In this document: one piece after another, positions 15,829-24,000 of the stretch
Position numbering within the stretch: the stretch's first letter is position 1
Layout: each line of letters opens with the position of its first letter
Assembly: GCA_965262755.1 (NCBI GenBank)
Contig: OZ253557.1
Span: forward strand, 2,001,513 to 2,025,512
Length of the DNA stretch: 24,000 nucleotides
Direction: 5' to 3'
From: Alphaproteobacteria bacterium
GTDB lineage: Bacteria; Pseudomonadota; Alphaproteobacteria; UBA828
The notes under the pieces: generated by a model
What the model was told of the DNA's origin: nothing
Database searches by the model: none
The model's input: the letters and a program-made list of their open reading frames with translations, nothing else
Position numbers and translations under genes: made by a program

Positions 15829-16578
15829 ATGTGCACCCTCGTGATCCTGCGGCGGCCCGGCCACGACTGGCCGGTCCTCATCGCTGCCAACCGCGACGAG
15901 ATGATCGACCGGTCCTGGCTGCCGCCGGGCCGCCACTGGCCCGACCGGGCGCAGGTGACCGCAGGCCAGGACGAGCTCGCGGGCGGAACCTGGCTAGGCG
16001 TCAACGACGACGGTCTGGTGGCCGGCATTCTCAACCGCACGGGCGCGCTCGGGCCTGCGGCGGGCAAGCGCTCGCGGGGCGAGCTGGTGCTGGACGCGCT
16101 CGACCATGCCGATGCCGCGGCCTCGGCTTGTGCGCTCGCCGATAGCGACGGCGAGGCCTATCGACCCTTCAACCTCGTGGTCGCAGATTCGGACGAGGCG
16201 TTCTGGCTGCGTCACGATGGAAGCAAGGCGCCGGTCTTCCACCCGCTGCCCGAGGGTCTTTCCATGTTCACGGCGCGCGAGCGCAACGACGCGAACTCGG
16301 CGCGAATCCGCACACATCTTGCGGCATTCGAATCGGCACTCCCGCCCGATCCCGATCGGGGCGCCTGGGAGGAATGGGCCGCGCTGCTCGCGCGCGGGAC
16401 AAGCGACTCGGGGGGCGATCCGGAGGCCGCCATGTGCATCGAGCCGACGGGCGGGTTCGGCACGGTCAACGCGTCGCTCATCGCGCTACCGCGCCCCGGC
16501 CGGCCTGGCGCCACCCCCGTCTGGCGTTTCGCGCCAGGGCCGCCGAATCGTCATCTATTTGAAAATATTGACGTTTAG
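15829..16578 (+). CDS. NRDE-family protein (DUF833/TANGO2-like)
   Basis: Begins MCTLVILRRPGHDWPVLIAANRDEM, with the N-terminal Cys and the eponymous NRDE motif. The ATG at 15829 lies inside track ORF 15691..16578. Confidence 0.8.
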   Translation: MCTLVILRRPGHDWPVLIAANRDEMIDRSWLPPGRHWPDRAQVTAGQDELAGGTWLGVNDDGLVAGILNRTGALGPAAGKRSRGELVLDALDHADAAASACALADSDGEAYRPFNLVVADSDEAFWLRHDGSKAPVFHPLPEGLSMFTARERNDANSARIRTHLAAFESALPPDPDRGAWEEWAALLARGTSDSGGDPEAAMCIEPTGGFGTVNASLIALPRPGRPGATPVWRFAPGPPNRHLFENIDV

Positions 16579-16753
16579 AAAGCCGAGCCGGCGGCTATCG
16601 CGCCTCGCTTGCCGGGTAAAGACGACGGCAGGCGATGACGACAGGCGATTGTACTGGCCCCTTGTTATCACTATGTTTGCGAGGTAAGGGGTGCGCAAAG
16701 CGCGCCGACCCGGCGCGAGCCCCCCACATCGCCCCACATCGAGGATCCCGACC

Positions 16754-17524
16754 ATGTCCCGTCGCAGGCGGATCTACGAAGGCAAGGCGAAGGTCCTCTA
16801 CGAAGGGCCCGAGCCCGGCACCCTGGTGCAGTATTTCAAGGACGATGCAACCGCCTTCAACAACAAGAAGCAGGGGGTGATAACCGGCAAGGGGGTGCTC
16901 AACAACCGTATCTCCGAGCATCTGATGGCGCGCCTCAATGAGATCGGCGTGCCTACTCATTTCATGCGCCGGCTCAACATGCGCGAGCAATTGATTCGCG
17001 AGTTGGAGATCATCCCGGTCGAGGTGATCATCCGCAATTTCGCCGCCGGCACGCTGGTCAAACGTCTCGGCCTCAAGGAAGGCGCCCAGCTCCCGCGCTC
17101 GATCGTCGAGTATTGCTACAAGAACGACGAGCTCGACGACCCGTTGGTTTCGGAGGAGCACATCACCGCCTTCGGTTGGGCGACCCCGCAGGAGCTCGAC
17201 GACATCCTCTCCATGTCGCTCCGCATCAACGACTTCCTCAGCGGGCTGTTCTACGGCATCGGCATCAGGCTGGTGGACTTCAAGCTCGAATTCGGGCGGC
17301 TCTGGCACGGTGAGGACTTGCGTATCGTGCTCGCCGACGAGATCTCGCCCGACAGCTGTCGGCTGTGGGACCTGGAGACCGACGAGAAGCTGGACAAGGA
17401 CCGCTTCCGCCGCGATCTCGGGCGGGTCTCCGAGGCCTATCAGGAAGTCGCCCGTCGTCTGGGCCTGATGCGGGAGGCGGTGGCGCAGGAGGCGAGCAAC
17501 CGCAACGACGACGAGCGCGCGTGA
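16754..17524 (+). CDS. purC: phosphoribosylaminoimidazole-succinocarboxamide (SAICAR) synthase
   Basis: [40 protein letters not shown]... is the canonical alphaproteobacterial PurC N-terminus. The ATG at 16754 lies inside track ORF 16691..17524. Confidence 0.95.
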   Translation: MSRRRRIYEGKAKVLYEGPEPGTLVQYFKDDATAFNNKKQGVITGKGVLNNRISEHLMARLNEIGVPTHFMRRLNMREQLIRELEIIPVEVIIRNFAAGTLVKRLGLKEGAQLPRSIVEYCYKNDELDDPLVSEEHITAFGWATPQELDDILSMSLRINDFLSGLFYGIGIRLVDFKLEFGRLWHGEDLRIVLADEISPDSCRLWDLETDEKLDKDRFRRDLGRVSEAYQEVARRLGLMREAVAQEASNRNDDERA

Positions 17525-17530
17525 GATCGG

Positions 17531-17773
17531 GTGCGAGCCCGAGTCCACATCACCCTCAAGCCCGGCGTTCTCGACCCTCAAGGCAAGGCGATCGAGCACA
17601 CGCTCGCGCGCATGGGCTTCGCCGGCGTGGACGGCGTGCGCCAGGGCAAATATCTCGAACTCGATCTCGCCGAGACCGACCCGGCGGCTGCGCGAGAGCA
17701 GCTCGACGCCATGTGTGCGCGCCTGCTCGCCAACACCGTGATCGAGGACTACACCATCGACCTCGCCGAATGA
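17531..17773 (+). CDS. purS: phosphoribosylformylglycinamidine synthase subunit PurS
   Basis: 80 aa, VRARVHITLKPGVLDPQGKAIEHTLARMGF...TVIEDYTIDL, with a GTG start. It lies immediately after purC. Confidence 0.95.
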   Translation: MRARVHITLKPGVLDPQGKAIEHTLARMGFAGVDGVRQGKYLELDLAETDPAAAREQLDAMCARLLANTVIEDYTIDLAE

Positions 17774-17801
17774 GACGGCGCGCGGCATTCTCCGTCATCG
17801 G

Positions 17802-17945
17802 CCCACCTCCCCCTGTCCCCCTGCAGACTGGTTCATTTCCCTCAACGGCGGGCGCGAGCTCCGCTCGCTTGCCTACGCGCCATTCGGCGCGCGGCGCAGT
17901 CGCGCCGTCCGGGCCTGACGGCCCGGGAAGGCGGAGGCGGAAGGT
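17802..17945 (+). repeat. GC-rich structured intergenic repeat, copy 1 (C-rich 5-prime arm, G-rich 3-prime arm, internal hairpin)
   Basis: CCCACCTCCCCCTGTCCCCCT...TCCCTCAACGGCGGGCGC...CTCGCTTGCCTACGCGCC...CGGCGCGCGGCGCAGTCGCGCC..CCGGGCCtgacGGCCCGG..AAGGCGGAGGCGGAAGG. It aligns along its length with 18194-18362. Confidence 0.75.
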
Positions 17946-18124
17946 AGACGGCGGCGGCTTCAACTCCCGATCCGACTCCCCGGACAATGGTTCGGGGTAC
18001 AGGGTGGGGCGTCCGCGTCAGAATCGCGCCATGCAGCGCGAGAGAGAGCGGGGCACGGCATCCGCGGTGTGGATTGACGGGCGCTCGTCGGCGGAGGGGC
18101 TGCTGTCCGCCGCCCGTCCCACGG

Positions 18125-18172
18125 AATCCCACTTACCCACTTAATCCCACTTAATCCCGCCGAATCCCGCTT
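18125..18172 (+). repeat. phased short tandem array built on AATCCC(A/G)C(T/C)(T/G), about 10-bp period, 4-5 units
   Basis: AATCCCACTT ACCCACTT AATCCCACTT AATCCCGCCG AATCCCGCTT, read directly. AATCCC starts at 18125, 18143, 18153 and 18163. Confidence 0.7.
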
Positions 18173-18193
18173 GGATATTAGTTTCGACGCCAC

Positions 18194-18362
18194 CCCACCT
18201 CCCCCTGTCCCCCTCCCAAGTTTTTCATATCCCTCAACGGCGGGCGCTCGTGTCTTGCTACCGCGCGCGTTCCCGCGCGACGCTCGCTTGCCTACGCGCC
18301 TCGCGGCGCGGCGCGCAGTCGCGCGCTCCGGGCTGCTTCGCAGCCCAGGAGGGCGGAGGGGG
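18194..18362 (+). repeat. GC-rich structured intergenic repeat, copy 2 (about 25 bp longer than copy 1)
   Basis: It has the same 21-nt 5-prime arm, CCCACCTCCCCCTGTCCCCCT, and the same internal blocks TCCCTCAACGGCGGGCGC and CTCGCTTGCCTACGCGCC. The internal hairpin is GGGCTGCttcGCAGCCC and the 3-prime arm is GGAGGGCGGAGGGGGG. Confidence 0.75.
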
Positions 18363-18400
18363 GACCGCGCCGCAAATGCTCGTCGCTCCTTCTTCGCCTC

Positions 18401-18486
18401 GGGAGGGCGGAGAGGAGACGCGAACGGCCGCAGCCTACTCTCCCTCTCCGCCCCTGGGGGCGGAGAGGGCCGGGGTGAGGTGGGGG
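18401..18486 (+). repeat. G-arm / C-arm / G-arm palindromic module related to the repeat termini
   Basis: GGGCGGAGAGG (18405-18415) is complementary to CCTCTCCGCCC (18443-18453). CCCTCTCCGCCCC-tg-GGGGCGGAGAGGG (18442-18469) is a 13-bp perfect palindrome. The trailing CCGGGGTGAGGTGGGGG resembles the reverse complement of the repeat 5-prime arm. Confidence 0.65.
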
Positions 18487-18544
18487 CGCTCGCTTCCGTC
18501 CTGCGCAGTGGAGAGGACGCACCGTGCCCGGCTGCGGAGGCGCG

Positions 18545-19230
18545 ATGAAGGCCGTGATCGTGGTCTTCCCCGGCTCCAACTGCGACCGCGACGTCATGGT
18601 GGCGCTGGAGGCGAGCGCGGGCCGCGCGCCGGCGATGGTCTGGCACGACGAGCAGGCGCTGCCGGCCTGCGACCTGATCGTGCTCCCCGGCGGCTTCGCC
18701 CACGGCGACTACCTGCGTGCGGGCGCCATGGCGGCGCGCTCGCCGGTGATGGCGGACGTCGTAAAGCGGGCCAACGCCGGCGTGCCTCTATTGGCGATCT
18801 GCAACGGCTTTCAGGTGGCGACGGAGGCCGGGCTGCTGCCGGGTGCGCTGATGCGGAACGCGGGGCTGCGCTTCGTCTGCCGCTGGGTCAGCTTGCGCGT
18901 GGAAGAGGCCGAGAGCCCGTTTACCGCCGGCTATCAAGTCGGGCAGGTGGTGCGGATGCCGGTCGCCCATCACGACGGCAACTATTGCGCCGATGCGGAG
19001 ACGCTGGCCCGGCTCGAGGGCGAGGGGCTGGTCGCCTTCCGCTACGTGGGCAACAACGGCGAAGCCGCTGGCGACGCCAACCCGAACGGCTCCGCCGCCG
19101 ATATCGCCGGCATCCTCAATCCGGCCCGCACGGTGCTTGGCCTGATGCCGCATCCCGAGCGGGCTGCGGAGCCCGCGCTCGGCGGCGCGGACGGGCGCGC
19201 CATGTTCGATCACTTGGCGGAGGCGCTCTC

Positions 19231-19234
<4 letters not shown>
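18545..19234 (+). CDS. purQ: phosphoribosylformylglycinamidine synthase subunit PurQ (glutaminase)
   Basis: [16 protein letters not shown]...LLAICNGFQ (catalytic Cys)...GLMPHPER (His/Glu). A GGAGG Shine-Dalgarno precedes ATG 18545, which lies inside track ORF 18524..19234. Confidence 0.95.
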
Positions 19235-21504
<2,270 letters not shown>

Positions 21505-21528
21505 GAAATTCGCCTGAGAGCGCCGCCG

Positions 21529-21768
21529 ATGCCCATGGACGTGCAGGAGATCGAGCAGCTCATTCGCGAGGCGTTGCCGGACGCCCATATCCATATCGAC
21601 GATCTGCGTGGCGACGGCGATCACTACGCGGCGCGTGTGGTCTCGGCTTCGTTCGCGGGCAAATCGCGGGTGGAGCAGCATCAGATGGTCTATCGCGCGC
21701 TGCGCGGGCGCATGGGCGATCAGCTGCATGCGCTTGCGCTACAGACCAGCGTCCCCACGGACGCCTGA
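21529..21768 (+). CDS. BolA-family protein
   Basis: 79 aa with ...[38 protein letters not shown]...LHALALQT, which is the BolA fold signature (F.G....RH..V...L....iHAl). It is adjacent to a monothiol glutaredoxin. Confidence 0.85.
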   Translation: MPMDVQEIEQLIREALPDAHIHIDDLRGDGDHYAARVVSASFAGKSRVEQHQMVYRALRGRMGDQLHALALQTSVPTDA

Positions 21769-21796
21769 ACCGAACGGACATGAAAGGGGATTTCGC

Positions 21797-22150
21797 ATGA
21801 TGGAGGCAACGACCAGCGCACCGGTCGAGAACCGCATCCGGGGACTGATCGACGAGAACGACGTCGTCCTGTTCATGAAGGGGACGCCGGTGTTCCCGCA
21901 GTGCGGGTTCTCCGCCACCTTGGTGCAGATGCTGTCGCTGCTCGGCGTGCGCTTCAAGGGCTTCGACGTGCTCGAGGACCCGGAGATCCGCCAGGGGATC
22001 AAGCACTTCAGCGACTGGCCGACAATCCCGCAGCTCTACGTCAAGGGCGAGTTCGTGGGCGGCTGCGATATCGTCCGGGAGATGTACGAGACCGGCGAGC
22101 TTGGGGAGTTGCTGAGCACCAGGGGCGTCAGCGTCGAGCCTCGCGTTTGA
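21797..22150 (+). CDS. grxD: Grx4-family monothiol glutaredoxin
   Basis: [24 protein letters not shown] (CGFS active site) and [19 protein letters not shown]. An AAGGGGA Shine-Dalgarno precedes ATG 21797. Confidence 0.95.
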   Translation: MMEATTSAPVENRIRGLIDENDVVLFMKGTPVFPQCGFSATLVQMLSLLGVRFKGFDVLEDPEIRQGIKHFSDWPTIPQLYVKGEFVGGCDIVREMYETGELGELLSTRGVSVEPRV

Positions 22151-22494
22151 ACCCATCGCTGCCGCCGGCGGCGATCGCCAGCTACCACGCCCACGTCTAT
22201 TACGAACCGGCGACGCGGAAGAGCGCCGCGGCGGTCAGGACGGATTTGATCGCGCGCTTCCCCGTGCGCCTCGGGCGCTGGCGCGACAAGCCCGTGGGGC
22301 CGCATCCGGTGCCCATGTTCCAGGTGGCCTTCGAGCCGGCCCTCTTCGCCGAGTTCGTGCCCTGGCTCATGCTCAACCGCCGGGGCCACCCGGTGCTCGT
22401 TCATCCCAATACCGGCGACGATCTCGGCGATCACCGCGACTACCCGCTCTGGCTCGGCGAGCGGCTCGCCCTCGACTTCAGCGTGTTCGATTGA
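22147..22494 (+). CDS. DOPA 4,5-dioxygenase-family protein
   Basis: YHAHVYYEP...[19 protein letters not shown]...[37 protein letters not shown] matches the family pattern. The only plausible start is the TTG at 22147, which overlaps the grxD stop (TTGA); there is no ATG before the conserved HAHVY block. Confidence 0.7.
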   Translation: MNPSLPPAAIASYHAHVYYEPATRKSAAAVRTDLIARFPVRLGRWRDKPVGPHPVPMFQVAFEPALFAEFVPWLMLNRRGHPVLVHPNTGDDLGDHRDYPLWLGERLALDFSVFD

Positions 22495-22503
22495 GTCGGG
22501 CGC

Positions 22504-23088
22504 TCAGCGCTCCAGCCAGAGGCTCTCCACCGGGCCGCTTCCGGCTGCCAGCGGGTCGGTCGCAGGCAGCGGGACGGCGGCGATGGAGGCTGTGATCGCG
22601 GGCATCTGCGCGTCGCCCACGACCTTCAGCTCAAGGCCCTCGGTATCGTCCCGGGCGTCGGAGACCGACGCATCCTCGCCCGACAGCACGCAGAGGTCCG
22701 GCTGCTGGCCCGGCGGATAGGCGCCGATGCTGACGTAGCCCGGTTTGTCGTCGAGCCGGCAATGGACCACCCCGGCGGGGATCAGCACGGCATCGCCCGC
22801 CTGCACGTCGACCACCGGCCCCTCTGGCCCGCCGAACTGGAGCCGCGCCGCGCCGCGCGCGCAGCCCACGACCTCATGCGCGATCGAGTGGTAGTGGTGG
22901 AAGGGAAAGGTGTCGCCGCGAAAGCCGTCGCCCCAGCCGTTGGCGCCGAAGTGGCGCTCGACCGCGGCCTCCGGCTCGTCGCCGCCGACATCCATGACGC
23001 CCCGGTAGACGATGAGCGGCAGCGCCCCGTTGTTGGGGCTCGTGCCGGCTTCCTTCAGCAGGTGATGCTCGAACGTTACGTCGCCCAT
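22504..23088 (-). CDS. cupin-domain protein (YjlB-like)
   Basis: MGDVTFEHHLL...FPFHHYHSIAHEVVGCARGAARLQFGG...GDAVLIPAGVVH has cupin motifs 1 and 2. A GGAGG Shine-Dalgarno precedes ATG 23088, inside track ORF 22504..23127. Confidence 0.75.
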   Translation of the reverse strand: MGDVTFEHHLLKEAGTSPNNGALPLIVYRGVMDVGGDEPEAAVERHFGANGWGDGFRGDTFPFHHYHSIAHEVVGCARGAARLQFGGPEGPVVDVQAGDAVLIPAGVVHCRLDDKPGYVSIGAYPPGQQPDLCVLSGEDASVSDARDDTEGLELKVVGDAQMPAITASIAAVPLPATDPLAAGSGPVESLWLER

Positions 23089-23137
23089 CTCGCTCCTCCC
23101 TGACCCTCTGAATCTAAGGGCAGACAAAAGCCGGGAT

Positions 23138-23170
23138 GGGGCGCCCTGTCAATCAGAAGGGCAGGGGCCC
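23138..23170 (-). terminator. possible terminator hairpin after rpsD
   Basis: GGGGCGCCCTG...CAGGGGCCC forms an imperfect stem. On the minus strand a CTTTTGT run follows, but only after about 10 nt. Confidence 0.25.
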
Positions 23171-23183
23171 TAACGGATGAGGC

Positions 23184-23798
23184 TTACCGCGAGTAGAACT
23201 CGATGACGAGATTGGGCTCCATCTGCACCGGATAGGGCACGTCGGCGAACTTCGGCGCGCGGATGAAGCGACCCTCCATCCGGTCGTGATCGACCTCCAG
23301 ATAGTCGGGCACGTCGCGCTCGGGCGAATCGATCGCCTCCAGCACCAGCGGCAGCTGCTTCGAGCGCTCCCGCACCGTGATGCGGTCCTCGTCCTGCACC
23401 AGGTAACTCGGGATCGTCACCCGGCGGCCGTTGACCAGGATGTGGCCGTGGTTCACGAACTGCCGTGCCGCGAATACGGTCGGCACGAACTTCATCCGGT
23501 AAACGACAGCATCGAGGCGCCGCTCAAGCAGCCCGACGAGATTCTCGCCGGTGTCGCCCTTGCGGTCGCCGGCGATGTGGTAGTAGCGGCGGAACTGCTT
23601 CTCGGTGATGTTGCCGTAGTAGCCGCGCAGGCGCTGCTTGGCCGAGAGCTGCACGCCAAAGTCCGACGGCTTGCGCCGCCGCTGGCCGTGCTGCCCCGGC
23701 CCGTAGTCGCGCCTGTTGGTCGGACTCTTGGGTCGGCCCCAGAGGTTGACCCCGAGGCGGCGGCATATTTTGTATTTCGACTGCTGTCGTTTGCTCAT
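23184..23798 (-). CDS. rpsD: 30S ribosomal protein S4
   Basis: [26 protein letters not shown]...[37 protein letters not shown], 204 aa. Confidence 0.97.
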   Translation of the reverse strand: MSKRQQSKYKICRRLGVNLWGRPKSPTNRRDYGPGQHGQRRRKPSDFGVQLSAKQRLRGYYGNITEKQFRRYYHIAGDRKGDTGENLVGLLERRLDAVVYRMKFVPTVFAARQFVNHGHILVNGRRVTIPSYLVQDEDRITVRERSKQLPLVLEAIDSPERDVPDYLEVDHDRMEGRFIRAPKFADVPYPVQMEPNLVIEFYSR

Positions 23799-23879
23799 CG
23801 TGCCCGTGCCGGTGGGAGGACGCGCGCCGCCGCCCTAAGGCGGCGAGCCGGGCGCACTATAGCCGCCGAAGGTCCCGTG

Positions 23880-24000
23880 TCAATCGGACGAGCCCGGCGG
23901 ATCTCGCCGGGGTGGGTCGCCCGTGAGCGCGCGCACGACGCCGCGCAGCGTCTGCACGTCCTGGTGGGTGAGCGAAATGCGCTCGAACATGGTCCGCATG
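23880..24000 (-). CDS. C-terminal end of a gene whose body lies beyond the window; possibly a TrmH/TrmJ-family RNA methyltransferase (weak call)
   Basis: The minus strand reads ...MRTMFERISLTHQDVQTLRGVVRALTGDPPRRDPPGSSD, then a stop (TGA, complement of 23880-23882). The L..F.R..L...E...LRG...A motif resembles the TrmJ C-terminal extension as I remember it. Confidence 0.3.
   Translation of the reverse strand, partial: MRTMFERISLTHQDVQTLRGVVRALTGDPPRRDPPGSSD

Noticed and set aside
16579-16753. Looked for a purine/ZTP-type riboswitch or a clear promoter upstream of purC. Noted TTGACG at 16569-16574 and a perfect tandem 10-bp duplication, CCCCACATCG x2, at 16722-16741.
   Set aside because: I could not see the conserved ZTP (pfl) or purine-riboswitch core sequences. 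The -35-like hexamer has no -10 at acceptable spacing. The 20-bp duplication is too short to interpret.
18125-18172. Possibility that the short tandem repeats are a CRISPR array.
   Set aside because: The units are about 10 bp with no spacers and no cas genes, so this is not CRISPR.
18250-19230. 327-codon N-terminal extension of the purL ORF across the repeat region and purQ.
   Set aside because: It overlaps purQ in another frame and runs through repeat DNA. Conserved PurL sequence begins at 19231/19252, with a GGAGG Shine-Dalgarno upstream.
23799-23879. GCCGCC-ctaa-GGCGGC hairpin in the rpsD upstream region, considered as a regulatory or terminator element.
   Set aside because: The stem is only 6 bp with no U-tract, and such GC hairpins occur by chance at this base composition.

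Overview
High-G+C chromosomal segment, probably Alphaproteobacteria (Rhizobiales-like). This is inferred from the purC-purS-purQ-purL-bolA-grxD gene order and a DUF1476/zeta F1-ATPase inhibitor gene. Left part (1-4900): ordinary catabolic and redox genes, namely an amidase and D-hydantoinase/dihydropyrimidinase operon, a DUF4440/NTF2-like protein, a quinone oxidoreductase and an SDR. Middle part (5000-15400): the accessory, rearranged zone. It holds an AT-richer gene for a TbpB/fHbp-like beta-barrel protein that appears separated from its signal-peptide start by an IS3-family element (two ORFs with a G_GGA_AAA slippery site). It also holds about 0.5 kb of AT-rich orphan DNA and a 3-prime remnant of a ComE-like gene. 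Next come a CUT1-type ABC transporter operon (binding protein, two permeases, ATPase), a low-G+C standalone NYN (PIN-like nuclease) gene, and an intact split TPP decarboxylase pair (ComD/ComE-like). The remnant and the intact ComE 3-prime end form about 230-bp direct repeats that bracket the ABC+NYN segment. Right part (15400-24000): housekeeping genes, namely the zeta inhibitor, an NRDE-family protein, purC, purS, purQ, purL, bolA-like, monothiol glutaredoxin, a DOPA-dioxygenase-family protein, a cupin, rpsD and a partial CDS. The notable exception is that purS and purQ are separated by about 770 bp of structured GC-rich repeat elements and a phased 10-bp AATCCC array. I recognised no rRNA, tRNA or CRISPR, and no complete known defence system. 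The best candidates for something new are the repeat-bracketed ABC/NYN segment, the orphan NYN gene, the IS-split secreted beta-barrel protein and the purS-purQ repeat cluster. All functional calls rest on motif recognition from memory, not on searches.
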